DNA from: Candidatus Bathyarchaeia archaeon
Lineage (GTDB): Archaea > Thermoproteota > Bathyarchaeia > Bathyarchaeales > Bathycorpusculaceae
Direction: 5' to 3'
DNA length: 64,000 nucleotides
Assembly: GCA_050010755.1 (NCBI GenBank)
Contig: JBEKKK010000001.1
Location: forward strand, 256,001-320,000
Under the pieces are notes generated by a model. It saw only the letters and a program-made list of their open reading frames with translations, was not told where the DNA came from and ran no database searches. The position numbers and the translations under genes are program-made. Each line of letters begins with the position of its first letter. Positions within the stretch are counted from its first letter, which is position 1. Below are positions 30,192-38,784 of this stretch, piece after piece.

Positions 30192-31457
30192 GTGCTTTAC
30201 GTTCTGCTTGGTTCACTAGTCGCAAGAATCCTCCTGTTTCCTGTACAGGGGTGTTCAGGCGACTTAGCAGCATTCGCATTGTGGTTTAACGCCGCTGCAG
30301 CTCATGGACCAGTCGTCTTTTATCACGTTGTGAACTGTGATTATCCCCCGCTCAACGTCTACATTTTTTGGGTCTTCGGATCTCTTGCAAAACTGCTTTC
30401 GGTTTCTGTCTCGCAGCCCCTAGGAGCGCATGCGCTCTACTTGTTGAAGCTGCCTTCAACCCTTTTTGACACGGCGACAGCAGGTCTGATATTCGTTTTT
30501 CTCAGAAAAAGACTCAGTCTTAATCTCTCCCTCTTGGCAACTTCTTTCTACGCGTTTAATCCTGCAACAATTTTCAACGGGTCCATCTGGGGGCAGTTTG
30601 ACGCGATATACACTTTTTTTCTTGTGGCCTCACTGATACTAATTATCAACTCAAAACCAACGTTGTCAGTAGCAGCCTTCACAGTCGCAGTCCTGGCCAA
30701 GCCGCAAAGCATCGCCTTGGCACCCCTGATAGTCTTTATGCTAATAAAAGAGAAAAGCTGGCAGACTGTGGTGACTTCTGTTGCTACGTCAATAGCTCTG
30801 ATTTTCGTGGTCTCGGTTCCTGTGAGCCTTAACAACCTAGCGAATTTCCTAGTGAACATTTATCTCAAGGGATACACGAGTTACAGCGTTACTTCTGCCA
30901 ACGCTTTCAACCTCTGGGCAGTAGTTGGCCTTTGGAAACCAGACTCCCAAGCGTTTCTGTCGTTGAATTTTTTCGATATCGGCTGGATCATGTTCGGTGC
31001 GCTGACGGCTCTCTCACTGTTTTGCTTGTATAAGGCATCCCACCGCTCGGACAGGAATAGTCACACTTTTGAAGTCTCAGTGCTTTTCACTGCTTTTGTA
31101 CTCTTGTTCGGTTTCTTCATGCTTCCAACCAGGATTCATGAAAGATATTTATTCCCAGTCTTCAGCGTCTTAGCAATGATGCTCCCCCTCGCAAAAGAAG
31201 CGAAACCACTCTACGGGATTCTGACCTTCACCTATCTTGCCAATTTGGCATATGTTCTTCCCTTCCTCAACGCCGGCGAAAGCAACATACCCAACGGGAA
31301 TCCTTTCATCTATGCCGTAACCACGATTAATCTGGCCGCTTTTGCATACGCGCTGGCGGTAATCATCAGGAAGCCAAAATTGACGAGTTCGATCTCCAGC
31401 CAAGTATTCGAGAACTCCAGACAATCAGTTAAAGGAGACTGTGAACCTCGATGCTGA
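30192..31457 (+). CDS. Multi-TM GT-C fold glycosyltransferase (mannosyltransferase-like)
   Basis: CDYPP, LKLP, FNPA....S.WGQFD, KPQ, SANAFNLW, IHERY; true start may be slightly upstream. Confidence 0.8.
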   Translation: MLYVLLGSLVARILLFPVQGCSGDLAAFALWFNAAAAHGPVVFYHVVNCDYPPLNVYIFWVFGSLAKLLSVSVSQPLGAHALYLLKLPSTLFDTATAGLIFVFLRKRLSLNLSLLATSFYAFNPATIFNGSIWGQFDAIYTFFLVASLILIINSKPTLSVAAFTVAVLAKPQSIALAPLIVFMLIKEKSWQTVVTSVATSIALIFVVSVPVSLNNLANFLVNIYLKGYTSYSVTSANAFNLWAVVGLWKPDSQAFLSLNFFDIGWIMFGALTALSLFCLYKASHRSDRNSHTFEVSVLFTAFVLLFGFFMLPTRIHERYLFPVFSVLAMMLPLAKEAKPLYGILTFTYLANLAYVLPFLNAGESNIPNGNPFIYAVTTINLAAFAYALAVIIRKPKLTSSISSQVFENSRQSVKGDCEPRC

Positions 31458-33145
31458 TTACCAAGCGCGACACAGTCACGATTGTCATACTGACTCTTGT
31501 CTTTCTTGCGATAGGGACGTGGGCATTAGGCATGTACAGTGTCCCCACCACCACTTGGCAATCTTACGGCATAGAAACCTTCTATGTTGATTTGGGAAGC
31601 GTGAGGAATGTAAGTTCTGCATACGTCTTAGTAGCGCAGGGAAGCGTGAGCTTTTCGGTCTACACTGGCCAGCCTGGAAACTGGACACTCGTTACGCAGA
31701 CTTCGATGGAAAACTACTACTATCAGTGGGGTCAAGTTCGCATAGATGAGGAAACCCGTTTCATACGGTTCGCTTTCGCGCCTTCGGACGGCGAGGTTGC
31801 AGAATTATCAGCCCTTGATGGAAATAACAACCAAAAAATCGTTATCAAAGCAATACAGGGTGAGAACACTGACGACAAAGGATTGGCAAATCTCACAGAT
31901 GAGCAGAACAAGGTCGAATGCCCCCCGACGTACATGTCTGAAACCTACTTCGACGAGATATATTACGTTCCAACCGCTAAGGACTACCTAAACCTCAAAG
32001 AACCTGCTGTTATAGCTGACATCAAAACGCTACAGTACGAGTGGACCCAACCGCCTCTCGGAAAGTTGATAATCGCCGCCAGCATATCCCTCTTCGGCGA
32101 CAACCCCTTTGGCTGGCGAATGTTGGGAGTCCTTTTCGCTGCCTTAATGATACCAATAATTTATTTGCTCGGAAAGAAAATGTTCGGAACATGGATCGGC
32201 GCTTTCTTACCAGCTTTTCTTCTCACGTTTGATTTCATGCACTTCACGATGGCAAGAATCGCCACCGTTGACACTTACCTTGTTTTCTTTTCATTGTTGT
32301 CGCAACTTTTCTTCTTCATTTACCTAAAGAACGTTCTTAGCCAAGGTTGGAAAACGCCGATTTGGCCCCTCCTCCTGTCAACAATCTTCTTTGCACTCGC
32401 ACTCTCAACGAAATGGTACGCATTACCAGGCTTTGTGGGTGATATTACTATACTCCTCTTTCTTGGCCTTCACGGACTGCCTAAATCTAAAGGATTTGTC
32501 CAAGGAGTTGGAACCTTTCTCAAACCCCTTCTCTTCCTAGTAATCTTCCTGCTCATGGCAGTTGGAATATACGTACTGACTTACGTTCCCAACATGCTGG
32601 CTGGGAGCACATTACTGGACATTTATCATTTACAGTGGTCTATGCTTCATTATCACGAGTTTCTCACGGCCCCGCATCCATTTTCTTCTCCATGGTGGAG
32701 TTGGCCATTGATGACGAGACCTGTCTGGCTCTACGTCTCAAACCTGCCGAACGGCATCGTTTCAACGATAGCAGATATGGGAAACCCCGCAATCTGGTGG
32801 ATAGGTTTCGCTTCCGTCATCATAGCCGCTTGGGAAGGTTTTCGAACAAAAAGCTATCTTTGCCTTTTCATCGTGACCATATTCCTCTTTCAGTGGGTAC
32901 CATACGTCTTAATTTCAAGAGTCCTTTTCCTCTACGCCTTCTACTCTAACGTTCCAATCATGATTTTAGCGACCACCTATTTCATCAACAAGTCTTGGAA
33001 AACGCGTCAAGGAAAAATTCTCGTGCTAACATACCTGATTGTCGTAGCGCTTTTGTTTGCGGTCTTCTACCCTGTCATTTCAGGAGTGCCAGCGCCAGAT
33101 TATTGGAGAGAAGGGCTTAAGTGGCTGAGAAGCTGGGTGTTCTAA
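31451..33145 (+). CDS. Dolichyl-phosphate-mannose:protein O-mannosyltransferase family (PMT/GT39)
   Basis: YFDEIYY acidic motif, PPLGK, FGWR, RIATVD, STKW, HPFSSPWWSWP...RPVW, MGNPAIWW. Confidence 0.88.
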   Translation: MLITKRDTVTIVILTLVFLAIGTWALGMYSVPTTTWQSYGIETFYVDLGSVRNVSSAYVLVAQGSVSFSVYTGQPGNWTLVTQTSMENYYYQWGQVRIDEETRFIRFAFAPSDGEVAELSALDGNNNQKIVIKAIQGENTDDKGLANLTDEQNKVECPPTYMSETYFDEIYYVPTAKDYLNLKEPAVIADIKTLQYEWTQPPLGKLIIAASISLFGDNPFGWRMLGVLFAALMIPIIYLLGKKMFGTWIGAFLPAFLLTFDFMHFTMARIATVDTYLVFFSLLSQLFFFIYLKNVLSQGWKTPIWPLLLSTIFFALALSTKWYALPGFVGDITILLFLGLHGLPKSKGFVQGVGTFLKPLLFLVIFLLMAVGIYVLTYVPNMLAGSTLLDIYHLQWSMLHYHEFLTAPHPFSSPWWSWPLMTRPVWLYVSNLPNGIVSTIADMGNPAIWWIGFASVIIAAWEGFRTKSYLCLFIVTIFLFQWVPYVLISRVLFLYAFYSNVPIMILATTYFINKSWKTRQGKILVLTYLIVVALLFAVFYPVISGVPAPDYWREGLKWLRSWVF

Positions 33146-33147
33146 GG

Positions 33148-33897
33148 ATGAAAACAAAGCTTGAAGACAAGAAGAAGGTTGAGGTCTCATTAGTTTTCCC
33201 AGCTTGCAACGAAAGAGAAAACCTGGAGAATGCAGTCAGAAAAACAACCCAAGCTCTAGGAAAGATTACTAATTCTTATGAAATAATAATTGCCGAGGAT
33301 GGAAGCACCGACGGGACGGACAGAATTGCAGCCACACTTTCAACTGAGTATCCGTCCGTGCAGCACATACACAGAGACAAGCGCCAAGGAAGAGGGCTCG
33401 CGTTGAAAAACGCTTTTGCAGAGTCCAAAGGAAGAATTCTGGTTTACATGGACGTGGACCTCGCTACAGACATTGGACACTTGAGAGCGCTTATAGAAGC
33501 GGTGCAAGGCGATTGTGACTTTGCAACGGGTTCAAGGATGCTGCCAGAGAGCAGAGTCAGCAGAAGCATATCGAGACAAGTTGCCTCAAAGAGTTACAAC
33601 TTCATGGTAAGATCATTCCTGGGCTCAAAGATATCAGATCACCAGTGCGGTTTCAAGGCGGCAAGAAGAGAGGCGCTTTTGGAAACCCTCGACGAAGTGA
33701 AGGCAACACACTGGTTCTGGGATACTGAGCTGCTCGTCAGAGCCTCACGTAAAGGATACAAAATAAAAGAGATCCCCGTAGAATGGACTCACAGGGGCCA
33801 GACGAAAGTGAGATTTATAAAAGACACTATCGAGATGGGCAGTCAAGTTGTCAACCTTTGGCGGCAACTAAGGATCGGCCAAGCTAGAAAAACTTGA
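33148..33897 (+). CDS. GT2 dolichol-phosphate mannosyltransferase-like protein (AglD/DPM-type)
   Basis: EDGSTDGT, GRG.A, YMDVDL (DxD), GSR, DHQCGFKA, WFWDTE, EIPVEW. Confidence 0.9.
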   Translation: MKTKLEDKKKVEVSLVFPACNERENLENAVRKTTQALGKITNSYEIIIAEDGSTDGTDRIAATLSTEYPSVQHIHRDKRQGRGLALKNAFAESKGRILVYMDVDLATDIGHLRALIEAVQGDCDFATGSRMLPESRVSRSISRQVASKSYNFMVRSFLGSKISDHQCGFKAARREALLETLDEVKATHWFWDTELLVRASRKGYKIKEIPVEWTHRGQTKVRFIKDTIEMGSQVVNLWRQLRIGQARKT

Positions 33898-34018
33898 GAT
33901 AATACATCGCCAAGCGAGCAAGTTGGACTTTTTCTGTTCTTCATGCTTCTTCCAGTTGTTGGGAGCGGCTCAGCCCAGAAGGTTTCAATTGCAGCCCGTG
34001 AAAGCTTGAATGTTTGGG

Positions 34019-35221
34019 CTATTGCCGCGAACAAGTTTCTTTTACCAGTAGACCGCAGATGGCTTCGACGACTGTGAAGGCGGTGCACATAACGATGGCT
34101 GGCATAAAGGATCCTGTTGCTGTGGAGAAATAGCCGGCCAACCAGGGAGCAATCATAGCTCCTACGTATCCTCCAACGAGTGTCAAACCGCCCGCCGTTG
34201 CCGAGTATGACGGTCCCATAAGTTCAACAGGCATCGCAAGTATTATGGGAGCCATGCTTCCGATGAGAAAACCGTAGAAAAGGGCAGATGTCCATAAAGG
34301 TACCCCGAGAGTTGTTCCCGTAAAGTAGAGAGCTACTGCCGCAGCGATGGACGTAGCCCAAATGAAGGGCTTCCTCTTGCCGACGCGATCAGATATCATA
34401 GGTGTGATGAAGCTGCCTGGAATCATGAACAGTATTATCGTAGATGTCAAGAGACCAGCAGTAGTCGAATCCATTCCCTTCTGGGTCAATATAGTTTGAA
34501 GAAATCCGAACAAACCAATTTGAGGTGCGAGAAGAAACAGACAGGTAATCATAACCATCCACATCTGCTTTTTTCTGAGCACAACAGAAAGAGATTTTCT
34601 GAACGGTACCCCCCGCGTTTCAGCAGGGGAACGGCTTTCACCGTTCTTGAGATTTGCGGGTCTTTCCTTTGCCAACAATATCCAAATCAAGGTCATTGCT
34701 AAGGCAAGAATGCCAACAGTTATGAAAACCCCTCGTGGAGACCCCGTTAGAGGAAGCAGGACTATCGGAGTCAAAATGAAGGAAGAGGCCATGCCGACTT
34801 CCATTCCTGTAAACATTATGCCGCTTGCCAACGCGTATTGTTTAGAAGGAAACCACACGCCCGTCACTTTGGGCATGTTCGGGTAGGCAATGGCGTAGCC
34901 TGCTCCGCACAGAAACATCGTTGTCGCTAGTAGGGTGAAATTCGGCGCGAATCCTCTGAGAAGCCCGAAAATGCCCATGAGCAGACCACCAATCAAAACA
35001 GTCTGCTTGACGCCGAATCGGTCTGCAAGCAAGCCTCCGGGAATGCAGAGGATCACAAGTGCTAGTGGAACTAGCGCCACTAGGAACCCAAATTGGGCGT
35101 AGGTCACCCCCAACTTTGTCTCCATTGGCGTTACGGAGAACCATGATAAGCCCATCGAGAACATCATTAACCATGTTACGGCAACCATAACCCAACGGTA
35201 GGGCGAAGCTTCTTCACTCAA
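34019..35221 (-). CDS. MFS transporter
   Basis: About 12 TM segments; GLLADRFGVK and SDRVGKRK MFS loop motifs. Confidence 0.92.
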   Translation of the reverse strand: MSEEASPYRWVMVAVTWLMMFSMGLSWFSVTPMETKLGVTYAQFGFLVALVPLALVILCIPGGLLADRFGVKQTVLIGGLLMGIFGLLRGFAPNFTLLATTMFLCGAGYAIAYPNMPKVTGVWFPSKQYALASGIMFTGMEVGMASSFILTPIVLLPLTGSPRGVFITVGILALAMTLIWILLAKERPANLKNGESRSPAETRGVPFRKSLSVVLRKKQMWMVMITCLFLLAPQIGLFGFLQTILTQKGMDSTTAGLLTSTIILFMIPGSFITPMISDRVGKRKPFIWATSIAAAVALYFTGTTLGVPLWTSALFYGFLIGSMAPIILAMPVELMGPSYSATAGGLTLVGGYVGAMIAPWLAGYFSTATGSFMPAIVMCTAFTVVEAICGLLVKETCSRQ

Positions 35222-35483
35222 CCTGCAGCCTTCCTGCATGCATCATCATGGTCGTCGCATAATAGTTTTTGCTTTGAAACATTATTTCAACTCATGCCGA
35301 ACGTTAGAGCGGGTACTGCACTGAGCCGTTTTCTTGAAACAAGTTACAACTTGGCAAACTCGAAATTGTCGATAAAGGTTGACTTGGAAGCCGAGATTTG
35401 ATGACCAATCGCAGGCAGCCGATTCCCAATCTTTTATACCTAGGAACCCCAAATGTGGTTTAGAATCCTTGGAGTTCTCGCAC

Positions 35484-36431
35484 ATGGTCAAGTTTGGGAT
35501 ACATTTGCCCCAGATTGGTGTTGATTATCGCACGGTTAAGGACGTGGCCTTGACGTGTGAACGCGTCGGGTTTCACACTGTTTGGGCGACGGATCATCTC
35601 CTGCCGATTGAAGGCTCCGGGCAAGAATCCTATCTGGAGTGTTGGACAACCCTCTCCGCGTTGGCAGAAGCAACAAGTACTGTGAGAATAGGGACTATGG
35701 TGCTTTGCAACCTGTACAGGCACCCACCTATTCTGGCCAAGATGGCGGCAACCCTCGATGTCGTCAGCGGGGGCAGGCTTGATTTCGGTCTCGGAGCGGG
35801 ATGGTTCAAACCAGAAGCCGAAGCTTTCGGCGTGCCGTTTCCAAAAGCTCCTGTCAGGATAGAAATGCTCAATGAAGCCCTGGAAGTGCTTGAGAAGATG
35901 TGGTCAGAAGAAAAACCTGTTTTCAACGGCAAGTATTACAGGATAAACGAGTCATCATGCAACCCGAAGCCCCTCCAGAAACCACATCCCCCAGTGTGGA
36001 TAGGCACTCAGACGGGAGGCAAACTGATGTATAAAACGGTTGCCAAGCATGCCGACGGATGGGCGGTCGGAGCTTGGTATTTGCCGTCAGTCGATGAATA
36101 CAAGCAGATGACGGACCAAGTTAAGCTCTTCTGCTCAGAGGCTGGAAGAGATTTCGAAAGACTGGAGAAAGGGCTAGGAGTTGTGTGTGTTCTGGCTGAG
36201 AACAAGACAATTCTTGAAGAAAAAACCAGGAGGTACAGACCCTCGAGAAGCCCACTTGACGAGTACGGGGCAACGAAAATGCAGATATATGGAACCCCAG
36301 AAGCGTGCGTGGACATTCTGAAAACATACGCCAAAGCAGGCGTGGATCATTTCATGATGGTATTTCCAGACGGAACGGATCTCAAAACGATTCGCCTCTT
36401 CGGCGAGCAGGTTATACCATTCGTTAAGTGA
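35484..36431 (+). CDS. LLM-class (luciferase-like) oxidoreductase, probably F420-dependent
   Basis: WATDHL, LE.WTTLSALA, YRHP..LAKMAATLDVVSGGR...GLGAGW, PKPLQKPHPP. Confidence 0.9.
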   Translation: MVKFGIHLPQIGVDYRTVKDVALTCERVGFHTVWATDHLLPIEGSGQESYLECWTTLSALAEATSTVRIGTMVLCNLYRHPPILAKMAATLDVVSGGRLDFGLGAGWFKPEAEAFGVPFPKAPVRIEMLNEALEVLEKMWSEEKPVFNGKYYRINESSCNPKPLQKPHPPVWIGTQTGGKLMYKTVAKHADGWAVGAWYLPSVDEYKQMTDQVKLFCSEAGRDFERLEKGLGVVCVLAENKTILEEKTRRYRPSRSPLDEYGATKMQIYGTPEACVDILKTYAKAGVDHFMMVFPDGTDLKTIRLFGEQVIPFVK

Positions 36432-36650
36432 ACCCAGAACTTATTCGCGCGCGACCTTGCACGACACAAACTTGGAAAGGCAAATCGGAATTTCGCGAAA
36501 AGTTAAGAAACCTGTTTCGAGATATGATTGTTCTAGATTGATGCGCTTTGAGCACTCGAAGCGGCAAGAATGAGTGGCACAAGTCGAGAAAAAGAAAAAA
36601 GATGGGAAGGCTCTGTAGCTTCGGAGCTTCCGTTTCGAGCCTTGATTGTT

Positions 36651-37697
36651 CTAAGATTTGCCGAGTTTCTTTGCAAGCTTTGCAAGTTCAGGAATGGTTG
36701 CCTGACCCTTGTCCCACACTTGTTTTCCGTCCAGCCACACGGATGTGTTCATGCAGATTCCATCGCTGTGGGAGGGTGCCGGTATCGGCTTGCCGCCTGT
36801 CAGTATCTGACCAACATACCCAATTCCCCATTCGCTAGCGCCCCAAACTCTCTCGTCCTCCAGGACGTTTCCAGTCAGTTTGGCGCCTGGGTTGCATCCG
36901 TAGCAAACATGTGCCATGCTTCGCATTAGAGGGTGGTTGAAACTCTTGAGCCAAGCATCGAAAACCTCGGCATCTTGGCCGCCTTCAATTTTCTGTATTT
37001 TTCCTGCCTTGACGTGAAGTTTGACAGGTGACTTGCATAAGCCCAGCGGCGGGTTTATTGAACCATCGAAAACAATCGTGCCGTGGATCGACTCGAAAAC
37101 TGGGGACCAGCCTATCTGTCCTCCAAGCATATGGGAGCCGGGTGTGTCTGCATAGCCGGTTTCTATAGTTATTGGTCGTTTGCGTTCGTTGTCGAATTCA
37201 ATATCTGTTCCTGCGGGCGTGGTCATCTTTACGTGCTTAGCTGCTTTAGTCATTTCCGCCAGTTTTTCTTCGTAGGCGGCCAGTGTCTTTACGTCGACTC
37301 TGGCGATAGTTCTGACCATCATGTCCACGTTCATTCCGACATAGCATGCATGCCTGAGTTTTTTGTTTGCTTCCATAGCATTTGCGTACGGTGTCGAATA
37401 GAAAATCCACTCATTGTTGAACTCGCACCAAGCATCTGCACACTTCAGGAGTGCCTCTATCGCCTCTGCCGGCAAATCGGCATCTGCCGCTTTACCTACT
37501 CCACGGGGTGAGGCGTTCCATATCACAAGAGGTTTCGCTCCAATCGTAAAGGCAGCTGCTGCCGTGGCTTCGACCACGCGAGGATCGGATTCGGTGTCTC
37601 CAGAAACGACGAAGGTTTCTCCGGGCTTCAGCTTGAACCATTCTGAAACAAGTCTGTGCGCTGCTTTAGCTAGCTCGTACTCGTAGTATTGAGGCAT
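36651..37697 (-). CDS. M29-fold metalloenzyme, NicX-like variant (paralog 3)
   Basis: YYEYELAKAA, GGQIGW, FDGS.NPP, AHVCYG.NPGA, LEDERVWG, SHSDGI; visibly close to 23048..24094. Confidence 0.82.
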   Translation of the reverse strand: MPQYYEYELAKAAHRLVSEWFKLKPGETFVVSGDTESDPRVVEATAAAAFTIGAKPLVIWNASPRGVGKAADADLPAEAIEALLKCADAWCEFNNEWIFYSTPYANAMEANKKLRHACYVGMNVDMMVRTIARVDVKTLAAYEEKLAEMTKAAKHVKMTTPAGTDIEFDNERKRPITIETGYADTPGSHMLGGQIGWSPVFESIHGTIVFDGSINPPLGLCKSPVKLHVKAGKIQKIEGGQDAEVFDAWLKSFNHPLMRSMAHVCYGCNPGAKLTGNVLEDERVWGASEWGIGYVGQILTGGKPIPAPSHSDGICMNTSVWLDGKQVWDKGQATIPELAKLAKKLGKS

Positions 37698-37802
37698 TTT
37701 TGTCACTTCCTGAAAAAAGCTATCTTGGCCGTTCAGCTTATAAAACTTCTCAAAAACCCTTTTAGGCTCGCTGGCGAATCATCTAACAGCTGTCTCTAAA
37801 AA

Positions 37803-38354
37803 GTGAGTGACATGGACGTTTTTGAGGCAATAAAGGGACGCAGGAGCGTCAGAAAATTCAAGCCGAAACAGGTTGAGCGGGAATTAACTGAGAAACTGTT
37901 GACCGCCGCTTGCTGGGCACCTACGGGTGGAAATATTCAACCCTGGCAATTCATAGTGGTAGAGGATCCTACTTTATTGGACATGGTTCGCAAGATTTCC
38001 CCGGGATATTTCGGTGAGACCCCGCTGGCGATCCTTGTCTGTTCAGACAAAACGAAAGCGCACAAAGTCGGAGGCACGATGGGACGCGATTACCTTTCAG
38101 TCGCAGATTGCGCAATGGCCACCGAGAATCTTGCCTTGGCCGCGTATGCGGCGGGATTAGGATCTTGTATCGTGAAATCCTTCTCGCATGCTGCTATAAA
38201 AGAGATACTGGAAATCCCGCAAGGCATCGAACCCGAGCTTCTCATCGTAGTCGGATATCCAGACGTGACCCCTGCCCCCCCGAAGAGAATCCCGCTCAAA
38301 GAAAATACATACCTGAACAAGTTCGGCCAGAGTTTTCCCCACATGGAGGCATAG
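37803..38354 (+). CDS. Nitroreductase-family flavoprotein, cyclodipeptide oxidase subunit A (AlbA)-like, copy 2
   Basis: RRSVRKF, APTGGNIQPW, ISPGYFG, DCAMATENLALAA, GLGSCIVKSF, IEPELLIVVGYP; 3 nt upstream of an AlbB-like gene. Confidence 0.82.
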   Translation: MSDMDVFEAIKGRRSVRKFKPKQVERELTEKLLTAACWAPTGGNIQPWQFIVVEDPTLLDMVRKISPGYFGETPLAILVCSDKTKAHKVGGTMGRDYLSVADCAMATENLALAAYAAGLGSCIVKSFSHAAIKEILEIPQGIEPELLIVVGYPDVTPAPPKRIPLKENTYLNKFGQSFPHMEA

Positions 38355-38357
38355 ATT

Positions 38358-38684
38358 TTGAATCAACCACGAAACACGGGTAACGAATATCTTTTCGAAC
38401 TCGCAATTTTTCTGGTTACGAGTGCACGGAACTGCATCGACGAGCCGCCGCTTTATGGGCCCTTCCGGCTGCTGGACGCACTGAGCAGACTCGCAGACTT
38501 TCCAGAACACGACGAGAGTTTGGATAAGGATCCGTTTCTTAAAGAAGTCAAAGCCTTCGTGGACGAGAAAAAATTCCTCGTAACGACAGACGTGGAGGGA
38601 TTCACGCGGGCTGCAGATGAACTTGTTGAGAGGTTTGCGAAGGAACTTAAAAGAAGGTCTGCAGAGAACAGAAACAAGGAATAG
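38358..38684 (+). CDS. Small helical protein, AlbB/DUF6092-like, copy 2
   Basis: 108 aa; ELAIFLVTSARNCIDEPPLYGPFRLLDALSRL. Confidence 0.78.
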   Translation: MNQPRNTGNEYLFELAIFLVTSARNCIDEPPLYGPFRLLDALSRLADFPEHDESLDKDPFLKEVKAFVDEKKFLVTTDVEGFTRAADELVERFAKELKRRSAENRNKE

Positions 38685-38784
38685 AAAGGTTCATCGCAAG
38701 CGAAAATGGTTGAGAGCTGAGTTTCTTTGAGTTGTATCTTGGAAGAATTCGCGCGGGTCTGAACGTTGATTCTGGAGGTCGGTT

